Source: Octopus vulgaris
Lineage: Eukaryota
Assembly: GCA_951406725.2 (NCBI GenBank)
Contig: OX597819.1
Span: forward strand, 11,222,001-11,286,000
Direction of reading: 5' to 3'
DNA: 64,000 nt
Below, piece by piece: positions 38,270 through 51,604 of this stretch. Both the position numbers and the translations under genes were made by a program. The notes under the pieces are model-generated. The model worked only from the letters and a program-made list of their open reading frames with translations, was not told the origin of the DNA and made no database searches. How positions within the stretch are numbered: position 1 is the first letter of the stretch; each line of letters begins with the position of its first letter.

Positions 38270-39220
38270 ACTCATTCTTCTTTCAGGTTTCTGAAGGAAA
38301 TCTTCAACTGGTCACCCTGACCATATACAACGATGCTGTTTGGGATCCGAAGAAGACCCAGTCGTTTCCGCAACAACCTGATGACCCTCCTCTTAAAGAC
38401 CTCTTCTCTGGATAATGATATTTCATTTACCAAGAGGGACCAAAGAATCCAAAATAAACCAGATTAGTTCACTGCGGTGAGCCAGGTTTCCAATTCTTGG
38501 TTGGTCGCAATGGACGGATGTTTTGTCTGTCAGGCTGCAATCAAACCCCTCTTCTCACCCAGCCTCTTCACTGGTTTCTTATCCATGGATAGAATCTCAC
38601 CAACTGGGAAGTCATCAGCACAAGAGATCTAGACTTCACCCTTGTGGAACTAACGCGAGTCCAAAATCATCAATTCCTTCAGGCACTTTTGGACCCTCCT
38701 AACCCACATGACGAATGTTTTTATCGCAGGTCATTCATAAACACCTAAATAGTTCTGGTTGACACCAGATATGGTGAGCAAACGTCTATATTTCGACTGA
38801 GCTGGCAGAAACGTTAGCACGCCGGGCGAAATTCGTAGCCGTATTTCGTCTGTCGTTGCGTTCCGAGTTCAAATTCCGCCGAGGTCGACTTTGCCTTTCA
38901 TCCTTTCGGGGTCGATAAATTAAGTACCAGTTACGCACTGGGGTCGATGTAATCGACTAAATCCCTTTGTCTGTCCTTGTTTGTCCCCTCTGTGTTTAGC
39001 CCCTTGTGGGTAGTAAAGAAATATATATTTCGGCTGATTTTACCAGATTGTTGATCGCAACTGCCAAAAAGATCCCAGTGAAATGGTACATCGGGTGATA
39101 ATTCCCTTCTCGACCTGGTGCCATTCTGATGTAAAAACAGCAGAGACTCTCAGCCAGAGGCTGTTGTCATAATGCAGAATAAAGTCTCTGAATCTGTCCG
39201 AGGGATGGTGCCTATTTTTC
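38270..39220 (-). mobile_element. HERO-clade non-LTR RT-region remnant, interrupted by a SINE
   Basis: TSEWHQVEKGIITRCTIS, KKPVKRLG, ELETWLTAVN*SG and ILWSLLVNEI. Confidence 0.7.
38801..39021 (+). mobile_element. SINE family D with 14-bp TSD
   Basis: TSD TATATTTCG(A/G)CTGA at 38787-38800 and 39024-39037. Confidence 0.9.
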
Positions 39221-39732
39221 AACTAGCTTATGATGTATGGATGAAGATTCAATATCATAAAGTCTTCGGGTTTTTTTTGAGCTTTTCTGATCATCTGAAT
39301 GACCATACTTAAGTTCTATATCATCCACAAAGAAACTCTGGGTTCCATTGAGACAGCAGCAATGAATTTCGGAGCCAAAGCTAGTACAATATGTCTCCTT
39401 AAAATGTAGCTTTTCAAATATTTTTAACACTGAAGACAGTCAATCTGCTTTTTGTAAGACTTCAGTAGCAACAATAAAGCCGTCTGGTACATTTGCCAAC
39501 CGCAGTAACTTCAACAGCTTGTGCAAACTTTATACTTGTCCTTTAAAATACACATTGACATTCTGTAAAGCACTGACATTTTGTGCCAGTCTATGTAACT
39601 ATTAAATCCTGTTCTCGCTCCCTTCCAGCCATACAGCTTCTCAACAGCTTTCATAAAAGTCCAGCGTCGATTATATAAGCTCTACTGTTTGTATTAATTG
39701 GGTAGTCTTTCTTAACCATGATACCTTCTGAT

Positions 39733-40112
39733 GTGGAGGCGCAATGGCCCAGTAGTTAGGGCAGCGGACCCGCGGTCATAGGATCGCGGTTTCGATTCCC
39801 AGACCGGGCGTTGTGAGTGTTTATTGAGCGAAAACACCTAAAGCTCCACGCAGCTCCGGCAGGGGATGGTGGTGATCCCTGCTGTACTCTTTCACCACAA
39901 CTTTCTCTCACTCTTACTTCCTGTTTCTGTTGTACCTGTATTTCAAGGGGCCGGCCTTGTCACTCTCTGTGTCACGCTGAATATCCCCGAGAACTACGTT
40001 AAGGGTACACGTGTCTGTGGAGTGCTCAGTCACTTACATGTTAATTTCACGAGCAGGCTGTTCCGTTGATTCGGATCAACCGGAACCCTCGTCGTCGTAA
40101 CCGACGGAGTGC
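39733..40112 (+). mobile_element. SINE family B (tRNA-derived), full length with 13-bp TSD
   Basis: TSD GATACCTTCTGAT at 39720-39732 and 40124-40136; A and B boxes; tail CGTAACCGACGGAGTG. Confidence 0.9.
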
Positions 40113-40586
40113 TTCTTAAAACAGATACCTTCTGATAATAAATATTCCCTTTAATTCCAGCTCTGAGACCAAAACAACCCAAGGTCTTCCTGTGTTCTTT
40201 TTACTAAAACGTTGTTTTTCTTTAACCTCTTATACGTAGTTTGTCGATCAGAAACAAGCTTATGTATAACTTTCGAACCTACATTGTTCAGCTCATGTTA
40301 TGAAGCAATTCATTTCTCCTAGAAATTTCCTGGTGTAGCATCTCTGTACACATTTCTGTTAATTTTCCCATGTAAACCGATTATTCATCTTATGGACTTT
40401 TAAATATCTTGTGGCGGCGATTATTTATATCTTTTCTAGTTTCCTTATCCATAAGGATTGCTTATATTATATCTCTATATCTGTGTATATGTCACTATGT
40501 ATGTGTATGTGTGTATGAATATGAATGTATCTATGTATGAACGAATGCATGCATGTGTGTATATATACATATATATATATATATAT

Positions 40587-40785
40587 TCTTTTACTTGTTT
40601 CAGTAATTTGACTGCGGTCATGCTAAGCCCTGCCTTTAGTTGAACAAATCGACCCCAGGACTAGTACTTATTCTATCGGTCTCTTACGCCGAACCGCTAA
40701 GTTACGGGGACGTAGATACACCAGCATCGATTGTCAAGCGATGGTGGGGGGACAAACACAGATACACAAACATACACACGCACAT

Positions 40786-40849
<64 letters not shown>

Positions 40850-41004
40850 GACGGGCTTCTTTCAGTTTCCGTCTACCAAATCCACTCACAAGGCTTTGGT
40901 TGGCCCGAGGCTATAGTAGAAGACATTTGCCCAAGGTACCGCGCAGTGAGACTGAACCATGTGGTTGGTAAGCAAGCTGCTGACCACACAGCCACTCCTG
41001 CGCC
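40587..41004 (-). mobile_element. SINE family A
   Basis: Reverse complement of family A, including the internal microsatellite. Confidence 0.9.
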
Positions 41005-41568
41005 TATGTATATACATATACATATGTGTGTGTGTGTATGTGTGTATGTATGTATGTGTGTGTGTGTATGTGTGTATATATATATATATATACACACACA
41101 CACATATATATATACATATGTATATGTATGGATGTATATAAGTATTTGTGTATGTATATATATATATATATAAATATTATGTTAGATCATATTATATTTT
41201 ATTATAAACGTAATGTCCACAAGCAGTCATACATATCATCACATGTATAGATGTACAGGTATAGTATCCCACATACATCTTTGTAGACCTACACGTGTGT
41301 AAAACATGATTCTAACGTATCTGAAAGCCGGAATGTTTCCTATCTTCTCACAGTTCCATTAATGGCTTGCAATTGTATAGTCTTAATTAGCCGTGTCTTT
41401 TCTGCTTTCGTGACTACTGGTTTCTCAAGACTTGTGCTGCGCTAATGAGTTACATAACCAAAGATCCCCAAATAACCACAGGTAGAAATCTTAACTTGCA
41501 GCACCGCTTGTAGTAACAATAGATTTCTCATTAATCCGGCTGAGATAATCTTTTGTCTTTTGCCTCCA

Positions 41569-41975
41569 GCAGGAGTGGCTGTGTGGTAAGTAGCTTGCTA
41601 ACCAACCACATGGTTCCGGATTCAGTCCCACTGCGTGGCATCTTGGGCAAATGTCTTCTGCTATAGCCCCGGGCCGACCAATGCCTTGTGAGTGGATTTG
41701 GTAGACGGAAACTGAAAGAAGCCTGTCGTATATATGTATATATATATGTATGTGTGTGTATATGTTTGTGTGTCTGTGTTTGTCCCCCTAGCATTGCTTG
41801 ACAACCGATGCTGGTGTGTTTACGTCCCCGTCACTTAGCGGTTCGGCAAAAGTGACCGATAGAATAAGTACTGGGCTTACAAAGAATAAGTCCCGGGGTC
41901 GATTTGCTCGACTAAAGGCGGTGCTCCAGCATGCCCGCAGTCAAATGACTGAAACAAGTAAAAGAGTAAAGAGAG
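41569..41975 (+). mobile_element. SINE family A
   Basis: Near identical to the 28478 copy. Confidence 0.9.
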
Positions 41976-42039
41976 TATTATGTTAACTCGTTGCTTGTTA
42001 ACATTATGTATTATGTGTATGTATATATGTATATATATC

Positions 42040-42404
42040 TGTGGAGGCGCAATGGCCCAGTGGTTAGGGCAGCGGACTCGCGGTCGTAGGATCGCGGTTT
42101 CGATTCCCAGACCAGGCGTTGTGAGTGTTTATTGAGTGAAAACACCTAAAGCTGCACGAGGCTCCGGCAGCAAGGGTGGCGAACCCTGCTGTATTCTTTC
42201 ACCACAACTTTCTCTCACTTTTTCTTCCTGTTTCTCTTGTACCTGTATTTCGAAGGGCCAGCCTTGTCGCACTCTGTGTCATGCTGAATTTCCCCGGTAC
42301 ACGTGTCTGTGGAGTGCTAAGCGTCTTGCAGGTTAATTTCACGAGCAGGCTGTCCCGTTGATCAGATCAACCGGAGCCCTCGACGTCGTAACCGACGGAG
42401 TGAC
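42040..42404 (+). mobile_element. SINE family B
   Basis: Homologous to the 39733 copy. Confidence 0.9.
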
Positions 42405-42407
42405 ACG

Positions 42408-42494
<87 letters not shown>

Positions 42495-42599
42495 CATATA
42501 TACATACATATACATATGTAATATATGTAAATATATATATATATATATATATATGCGTGTATATATATATACATACATATACATATGTAATATATGTAA

Positions 42600-42633
<34 letters not shown>

Positions 42634-42645
42634 ACACATACACAC

Positions 42646-42688
<43 letters not shown>

Positions 42689-42819
42689 TAAGAGAATGGT
42701 CACTATGTGGCTCATTCTAGCACTAGAAAATCCAAAAGGTTCCAACCACAAAAATACATGTTTCCCGTGAAAGTCAGTACGATTGTTAGCTCACACGAAC
42801 AGGAATTCTCTCACCCTTA

Positions 42820-42882
<63 letters not shown>

Positions 42883-44097
42883 TATATGCCACCCCCCACA
42901 TGCACACACACACACATTCGATATACAGAAAGAAAGAGTTTTCATTCACTGTTCGCCCTACTTCACGTGCTCGGGTGGAGCAGCGGGTTACGGAAGGTAA
43001 GGGTGAGAGATAGAGTAAGACATGTTCTGGTGGTAGGTGTAGCAAGGGGGGTGGAACAGGGGTATATATACGGGTGGAGCATCAGAAATACCAAGCTGAT
43101 ACCGATCTCTGTGACTTCATAAACACATTATCTAATTTTAGTAACACCTGCTCTACTTTTTAAGTGATATGTTGTGCTGGTGGTGGTGTCAGGATGGTAG
43201 AGGTGACGGCGTTTGTAGTGGTGATGGTGTAGTAGCCGTTGAGTGATGGCGGTGGTGGTGGTGGTAGTTTGTGATGGCGTTGGATTGATAGTTGTGGTTG
43301 TGGTTGTGGTAATATTGTTAATGGTGGTGGTGTGCAGTAATGGTGGTCATGCCGTGAAGTGGTTGTGATAACAATGTTAGAGTTGCAGATGGTGGCGGTG
43401 GTTGTGGTGGTAGCGATGAAACAATGATAATGGTTGTCGTTGTTGTTGTTGCTGTGGTGGTGGTGGTGGTGGTGGTGGTGGTAGCAGGAACCAGAGGTGA
43501 TAGTAATGGTAGCGGTGGTGGTGGCGGTGGTGGTAGTAGGATTGATGTTTCACATGTTAGCACTGGTTCGGTTCCTGTTGTAATGCAGTTGTTTTTGTTG
43601 TTTGTGGTAGTGGTGGTAGTGGTGGTGGTGGTGGTGGTGGTGGTGATGTGATATACTGCGTTAGTGGTGGTGGAAGCGTGTTGTGGTGATAGTGTGAGGG
43701 TGTAGAAACGTGACAGTAGCGATGGTAGTATTGGTTAATGTACGGTGGTTATTAAAGTAATACTCGTGATTTTTGTTTAGCCCTAGGTCAGCCCTAATTG
43801 TACACACTTAAGTCAAAGTCCTTCCATCCGTCACTCTCTGAATGGTAGTTATCATTTGAGGGGAACACGACTGCTATTTCTCGCTGGTTAAGCGGTCACA
43901 TAATGTTTTTCATTGTAGTGTGACCTAATTTGTTGCTGTTGTAGGTACATGTCATTACGAGATGCTTGATAACAAAACGGATTTAAGACCAATTGCCCCT
44001 CTAAGCCGTGCGATTGTGCGCGCGCATCTATGCAGCAAAGGGAAATAGTGCGCGCGCAGATGTACTTTACAACCAGCGCAGAAAGGGGGAAATGATT

Positions 44098-44504
44098 ACT
44101 CTTTTACTCTTTTACTTGTTTCAGTCATTTGACTGCGGCCATGCTGGAGCACCGCCTTTAATCGGGCAACTCGACCCCGTGACTTATTCTTTTGTAAGCC
44201 CAGTACTTATTCTATCGGTCTCTTTTGCCGAACCGCTAAGTAACGGGGACATAAACACACCACCATCGGTTGTCAAGCAATGCTAGGGGGACAAACACAG
44301 ACACACAAACAAACACACATACATATATATATACATATATACGACGGGCTTCTTTCAGTTTCCGTCTACCAAATCCACTCACAATGCATTGGTCGGCCCG
44401 AGGCTATAGTAGAAGACACTTGCCCAAGATGCCACGCAGTGGGACTGAACCCGGAACCATGTGGTTGGTAAACAAGCTACTTACCACACAGCCACTCCTG
44501 CGCC
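44098..44504 (-). mobile_element. SINE family A
   Basis: Full-length reverse complement. Confidence 0.9.
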
Positions 44505-44750
44505 TTTGTGTACCATGATTTCGAAATGATATTAAATCTTTATACCCGAAGATAGCTACTTGCATGGAAGGTAGGGGGGGGGCATTGCTTTGGACCAACT
44601 TAATACAAATAGGAAAACAACAAGTACGCGGGAGTGCCTAGGTGGAAGATTAACGTGCTAGAAATGGCAACCAAAGGTGTTGTCTTAGTTGTGCTGACGA
44701 AAATGTAGAAAACAAGCGAAGGAAGGATACGTTTTATAATAAAATGATAG

Positions 44751-44990
44751 ACTGATGGGATGGTCATGGCTGGCACATTTAATATAACCATGTGCAGGAT
44801 CAGAGGTGTGGCCTAGTGGTTGAGAAGTTGCACCCTCGATCACAAAATCGCGGTTTCGATTCTTGGACCGGGCGATGTGTTTTCTTCTTAAGCAATATCC
44901 TTCACTTTATATTGCACCAGTCCATTCGTCTGTAAAAGAGACGGCCTGCGAGTACGAGTCTTAGGACTCGAGGCAGTAATGCCCAGGGAC

Positions 44991-45046
<56 letters not shown>

Positions 45047-45096
45047 TTGATGATGAAGTGTCTGGGCCAATCTGTGTCTCAACAACATTGATGAAC
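44751..45096 (+). repeat. Segment duplicated at 46492-46874; contains a SINE-like head and (GAT)n tail
   Basis: ACTGATGG..ATGGTCATGGCTGG to CTCAACAACATTGATGAAC is present at both loci. Confidence 0.9.
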
Positions 45097-45390
45097 TCCT
45101 CCTTTGTGGTGCATAACAGTAATATGGGTGGGGAAGGGGGGGAGGTGATGACGTTGTGGAGAATTTGGTGTACGAAGAACAGTGAGCATCATGTTGTTGT
45201 TCTTGCTGTTTAACCCTTGGTCAGCTGGGATCAATCAGATTTACCGAGTGGTAACAATGCTAAACTCAGCAACACAATAAGGTGAGAACTTTTACTGTGA
45301 TTCTAAATTCAAACTTACGACTTATGCATCTGTTTTTCGCTTTCAACCGCACCCCCACCCCGTGTGTGTATGTGTGCACGTATACATACA

Positions 45391-45426
<36 letters not shown>

Positions 45427-45431
45427 TATGT

Positions 45432-45474
<43 letters not shown>

Positions 45475-45477
45475 CAT

Positions 45478-45642
45478 ATGGATGCGCAATAGCCCGGTGG
45501 ATAGGGCAGTGGACTCGCGGTCGTAGGATCGCAGTTTCGATTCCCAGACGTTGTGGGTGTTTATTGAGCGAAAACACCTAAAGCTCCATTGAGGCTCCGG
45601 CAGCGGGTGCGGAGAAGCCTGCTGTATTCTTTCACCACAACT
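45478..45642 (+). mobile_element. SINE family B, 5' fragment
   Basis: Diverged B head through TTCTTTCACCACAAC. Confidence 0.75.
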
Positions 45643-45702
<60 letters not shown>

Positions 45703-45726
45703 ATTTGTATGTATGTATGTATGTAT

Positions 45727-45763
<37 letters not shown>

Positions 45764-46324
45764 AGCAAAGTGTACGTACGCCGCTATTTACAATCAACAA
45801 CGACATATTACTAACAGAAAAAAGTTCACTGTTACTGATGAAAGTAATTTCATAGGTAATTTATTGACAGCAGTAACTTCATATATTTCTCTTCAATCCG
45901 TACACTTCGTTAAATTTGCCTATAAATTTCTTATTTACCTTTTTTACAACGTTTTGTGTGTGTGTTTTTTATGGAATTACTAATAAAAATAAGTTTATAA
46001 TTTACTGACAAAAGTAGCTTCAAAAATGTTACTTAAATCCGTACACTTAGTTTAATTCCTTAATAACTTTTTATTTACCTTTGCAGCGGTTTTGTGTTTT
46101 TCTGTTGTTAACGGCTTTTTCCTTGTTCCTTCGATACTGGCTCATTGGTTTATTGCCAAATTTCTTTATTTCCGTAAAAATTTCTTATTTATTTTCTGCC
46201 CGTCGTATTAAGAAATATAATTTCCGTTACTCAGTTATTTTGATTGTTCACCATCTTCTGCATCTGTGTTTTTCTGTATACGTATACCTAGATGGAAAAT
46301 GTCAAATTTGTCAATTTGTCTACA

Positions 46325-46729
46325 ATGTCAAGGTCAGCTAAAAGAATGTCTCTATCCAGGGAAAGAGAGACAGCTGCAGAACGGAAAGTATACGAAGAAA
46401 CAAGCAGACTGTGCACTACAAAAGCCAGAGTATCTCAAAACGATGAACAGATGTATGCACGGCTGACAAGGAATAATATATCCTCTGCAGAACTGATGGA
46501 ATGGTCATGGCTGGAACGTTTAATAACTATATGCAGGATCAGAGGTGTGGTCTAGTGGTTGAGAAGTTGCACTCTCGATCACAAAATCGCGGTTTTGATT
46601 CTTGGACTGGGCGATGTGTAGTCTTCTTAAGCAATATCCTTCAGTTTATATTGCACCAGTCCATTCGTCTGTAAAAGAGACAGCCTGCGAGTACGAGTCT
46701 TAGGACTCGAGGCAGTAATACCCAAGGAC

Positions 46730-46799
<70 letters not shown>

Positions 46800-47260
46800 G
46801 ATGATGATGATGTTGATGATGAAGTTGATGATGAAGTGTCTGGGCCAATCTGTGTCTCAACAACATTGATGAACAGCTCAGAGAAGCAACTTCTATGAAG
46901 CAGCTTTCAATTATGATCCAGCAGTTCATTATGCAGATGACAGTAGAGTTTCCATTGGTGCAATTACAACTGAGTGCATGCATTGTAAAACAAAGAAGTG
47001 GCCTGGAAAGACACCTACACTGTGCTGCAGTGGTGGAAAGGTTAAACAGAGCAATTGAAGAAACTTGTCATCAACTGACCAAGATTCCAAGTACTTCCAA
47101 TACAAAATTAGACAATGCAACGCTGCACTACAGATGACATCATTTGGAGACACAAGAGATTTGAATGAGCCAGGATTCATGCAAACTTTCAAGATCCAAG
47201 GTCAGATTTATCATCGGATTGGCTCTCTACTACCTCTGTCAAATGAATCACCAAAATCGT
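46325..47260 (+). pseudogene. Helitron Rep/Helicase N-terminal remnant, interrupted at 46492-46874
   Basis: SRERETAAER.. N-terminus; FYEAAFNYDP..CMHCKTKKWPGKTPTLCCSGGKV zinc finger; IRQCNAALQMTSFG..FKIQGQIYHRIGSLLP hallmark. Confidence 0.85.
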
Positions 47261-47365
47261 CCTTTCATTGTTTATAATATGTAACTGTTTTTTGGTTACG
47301 AAATAAGCTACATAAAACGTGTTTTTTAATTACGTGTGTTTACTTTTTATATATATACATACATA

Positions 47366-47763
47366 TCTTTTTATATAAAAATGAAGTTATGTGTCTGTCT
47401 CCTACGATTTAGATTCCTAACTACTCCCACATTTTGCGGTGCAGTGTAACCAAAACCGGGTATCTTATAGTCGTGATTCATATCGAGCCCTTCTGGGTAT
47501 TAACGCGCGTCTACGATGAGTCTACGATTTAAAAAAAAATTTACCATAATTTTTTCCCCATTTGTAATGCATATTTTTGCTATTATATAAGGGAAGTAAC
47601 TCTCTAAAATGTATTATTAAATCTCAGAACGTAAAAAGCTACAGTAACCCCCCCCCCCTTTGTGGTTAGCCATATTGAGATGGCTATTATACTTTACATC
47701 TCTAAAAATGCTTATATAGTTATTTCCCTTACAAACCCGGGCAACGCCGGGCGATACTGCTAG
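47366..47763 (+). mobile_element. Non-autonomous Helitron
   Basis: A|TC...CCCGGGCAACGCCGGG hairpin...CTAG|T. Confidence 0.85.
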
Positions 47764-48058
47764 TATATATATATATATATATATGAATTGAAAACTTTCT
47801 TTTAACATTTCACTTAACGCCTATGTTCCATGCTGGCATGGGTTGGAGAGTTATTAATGTTGAAAGTTGGTATCTCAGCTACAAGCAGTTTTTACTGTTG
47901 TTATACGTTATTTGATTACGGCTATGAAGGTACACTGTCTTAAATCGTCCCAGGCATTCTCTTAAAACTTGGTGTACATAATCTCGCGATTCTTTTGGCC
48001 GAACCCTTAAGTTACCAACATTGGTTTCAAGTGTTTGGAAACTAAAATAACTGACTGC

Positions 48059-48365
48059 TACTCCGTCGGTTACGACGACGAGTGTTTCGATCAACGGAAC
48101 TGCTTACTCGTGGAATTAACGCGCAACTGGTTGTGTACTCCACAGACGCGCCCACCTTTAACATAGGAGATTCAAGGAGATTCAGTGTGACACAGAATGT
48201 GACAAGACTGGTACCCACTCATATTACAGGTACAACTCATTTTTGTCAGTTGAGTGGATTACAGCAAATGAAATAAAGTTCAAGGACACAATGCGCCGCC
48301 GAGTATTGAACTCATGACCTTACGATCGTGGGCCGAATGCCCTAACTATTAAGCCACGCGCCTTC
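48059..48365 (-). mobile_element. SINE family C, diverged
   Basis: Reverse-complement homology to the 26903 copy. Confidence 0.7.
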
Positions 48366-48411
48366 ACTGCAACAAAGATAAGCACAAAGATGCCCACATA
48401 CTTATATATAT

Positions 48412-48648
48412 TTCTTTACTGCCCACAAGGGGCTTAACATAGAGGGGACAAACAAGGACAGACAAAGGGATTAAGTCGATTACATCGACCCCAGTGCGTA
48501 ACTGGTACTTTATTACTTTATTTATCGACCACGAAAGAATGAAAGGCAAAGTCGACCTCGGCGGAATTTGAACTCAGAACGTAACGGCAGACGAAATACG
48601 GCTACGCATTTCGCCCGGCGTGCTAACGTTTCTGCCAGCTCGCCGCCT
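48412..48648 (-). mobile_element. SINE family D, full length
   Basis: GGCGGCGAGCTGGCAGAAACGTTAGC head to CTTGTGGGCAGTAAAGAAA tail. Confidence 0.9.
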
Positions 48649-49089
48649 ATATACATATATACATTTATATACCGCCCACATACATATATACATTTATATA
48701 CAACGGCACTCTACGCAGTTTCCCTCTATTAAATTCCCTGACAAGGCATTGCGAGTGAATTTGGTAGACGGAAGAAGCTACAGGAGACGCTTGCCCCAAG
48801 GTGCTGTACAATTGGACCGAACCCGAAAACCCCTGGCTGCAAATCTTTTACTCCACACAGCTACACCTGGATCTTTACAATTATCTAACTTGCCCAGAAG
48901 AAGCGTTATATAGAACATGAATGATACACATATTTCTACAATTTGCTGTCTTCCTCTTCGGATTTCTACAGTCACATTTCGTCAGGCAACAAATCTCGTC
49001 TACTCACAAAAACAGGAAAAGTATCGAAGATGGCTCTAGAGCGTTTACACTCCATTTGTTATCCTAAGTCAAGTGCGTACTGCACATAG

Positions 49090-49430
49090 GTGGAGGCGCA
49101 ATGGCCCAGTGGTTAGGGCAGCGGACTCGCGGTCATAGGATCGCGATTTCGATTCCCAGACCGGGCGTTGTGAGTGTTTATTGAGCGAAAACACCTAAAA
49201 GCTCCACGAGGCTCCGGCAGGGGATGGTGGTGATCCCTGCTGTACTCTTTCACCACAACTTTCTCTCACTCTTACTTCCTGTTTCTGTTGTACCTGTATT
49301 TGAAAGGGTCGGCCTTGTCACTCTCTGTGTCACGCTGAATATCCCCGAGAATTACGTTAAGGGTACACGTGTCTGTGGAGTGCTCAGTCACTTACACGTT
49401 AATTTCACGAGCAGGCTGTTCCGTTGATTC
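49090..49430 (+). mobile_element. SINE family B, 3'-truncated
   Basis: Near identical to the 39733 copy up to CCGTTGATTC. Confidence 0.9.
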
Positions 49431-50360
49431 CGAGTTGGGGGGAAATGCGTAGCGTCCTTTTACAGCAAGATTTGACCCAAGCTTTCAAAATGGTAACTGT
49501 ATGGAAGCCCAACGCTGAATTATAGCATTAATATAAAGGTGTAGTATTCTCACATGGTATGAAAGTGTGTGTGTGTGTGTGTATATATATATGTGCGTGT
49601 ATGTGTGTATATATATGTGTGCGTGCGTGTGTGTGTATTTGTGTGTGCGTCTATGCATATTATATATATATATATGTATCTCCTCATCTAATCTCCCCCC
49701 CCGACTCCAGCTTCTCTTCGGTCCTTCATCTTTTCACCCCTACTCTCTTTCCCTCCTCTTCCCTTCTTCCCTCCTCTTCTTTCCTCTTTCTTCTTCCCTC
49801 TTCCCCTTCTCTCTTTCTCTCTGCTCCCTCACTCCCCTTCTCTCTCCCCCCTTTCCTCCCCTCCTCCTCTCCCCTCATTTCCCATCCCCCTCCTTTTCTC
49901 CTCTCCTTCCTTCTCCCCTTCCCCCTCCTCCTCCCTCCTCCCTCCTCTTCTCCTCTTTCCTTCCCCCCTCTCACCCTCTCCCTCATCTCATCTCACCCCT
50001 TTCTCTTCCCTCTCCCCCCCTCCCCTCTCCTCTCCCCCTCATCTCATTCCCCTCTCCTCCCTCCTCCTTCACTCTCCCCCTCATCTCCTCTCTCTACACT
50101 ACACCATACGACATTACACATCACATCATGCATACATACACACGTCCAGACCTTTCATACGCACTACATACTCTCTCATACACACACGCACCCTTATGTT
50201 GGGGCGAAGTCATTTGACCCTGTTATCTCCCCTATTTTCGCTCTTGCGTCTCACGTTTGATCTCTGACTTCTGGCCGAAATCAGACCGCCATGTTGATTC
50301 GTTAGCTCCTGCACGCATTTTTTTCTCTCCTTGTTTCTTTCCGTGTTTCTTTTCTGTGTA

Positions 50361-50398
50361 TCTTTCTGTTGAAGAGCGTAGGCTCGAAACGTAAAAGA
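50361..50398 (+). ncRNA. Minimal hammerhead-like fold with variant core
   Basis: TCTTT-CTGTTGA-A-GAGC(GTAG)GCTC-GAAAC-GTA-AAAGA: stems I and II pair, but core position 6 is U and there is an extra A. Confidence 0.5.
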
Positions 50399-50573
50399 CT
50401 TATTTTACTTCTATTCCTGAGCGCCATACTAATACAATTGTTTGTTTGTACTCCACCTGCCTTCGTCTTTTGTTTATAATTTTGCACTGCTTTGTTTCAC
50501 ACGCACGCACGCACGCGCGCGTGCGCGCACACACACATGCGTGTATACATGCTTAAATAAATATGTATATATA

Positions 50574-50614
50574 GAGTGGATATGGTGGACGGAAACTGAA
50601 AGAAGCTTGTCGTA

Positions 50615-50670
<56 letters not shown>

Positions 50671-50890
50671 TGTGTGTGTGTGTGTGTTTGTGCGTCTGTG
50701 TTTGTTCCCCACCATCGCTCGGCAACCGATGTTGGTGTGTTTACGTCCCTGTAACTTAGCAGTTCGGCAAAATAAACCGATAGAATAAGTACTGGGCTTA
50801 TAAAGAATAAGTACTGGGGGGTCGGTTTGTTCGACTAAAGACGATGCTCCAGCATGGCCGCAGTCAAATGACTGAAACGAATAAAAGAAT
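50574..50890 (+). mobile_element. SINE family A, 5'-truncated
   Basis: Body, internal (TA)n(TG)n and tail. Confidence 0.85.
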
Positions 50891-51004
50891 AAACGAAAGA
50901 AAATATATATGAATATGTATGTATGTATGTATGTATGTATGTGCGTATGTATGTGTGTGTGAGTGTGTGTGTATGTGTGTGTGTGCATGAATGTGTATAT
51001 ACGC

Positions 51005-51232
51005 TTCTTTACTACCCACAAGGGGCTAAACATTGAGGGGACAAACAAGGACAGACACACGGATTAAGTCGATTAATTCGACCCCAGTGCGTAACTGGTA
51101 CTTAATTTATCGACCCAGAAAGGATGAAAGGCAAAGTCGACCTCGACGGAATTTGAACTCAGAATGTAGCGACGGGCGAAATACCGCGAAGCACTTCGCC
51201 CGGCGTGCTAACGTCTCTGCCAGCTCGCCGCC
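51005..51232 (-). mobile_element. SINE family D
   Basis: Full-length reverse complement. Confidence 0.9.
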
Positions 51233-51514
51233 TGTGTGAATGCGTATATAGTGTCCTAGGCACGTGCCGTGAGGAAATATTCGTTGCAGCCAGTTGGCAT
51301 TAATAAAATAATTTGTCAACAAAAGCTCTTATCACTAGAAAAACTGTTTTTTTTTTTTCTTTCTCGTTTCCGAAACGTCAAATTCCTTTTCTCCCAACGG
51401 CATACGGCGACCTTACCCAGACTTACTACAACGATCTTATCTCGAAGAGACAACATGTAAACTTATTTTGATAACTACAAAAAAAAAAATGCGAGTGTAC
51501 ATACACATATATAA

Positions 51515-51604
<90 letters not shown>

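Noticed and set aside
39230-40440. Coding-like minus-strand sequence around the SINE B insertion
   Set aside because: Many stops and no motif I can assign; probably an old transposon.
44888-45088. Poly-His ORFs (also 46627-46983 and 60486-61071)
   Set aside because: (GAT)n/(CAC)n repeats; no splice or domain support.
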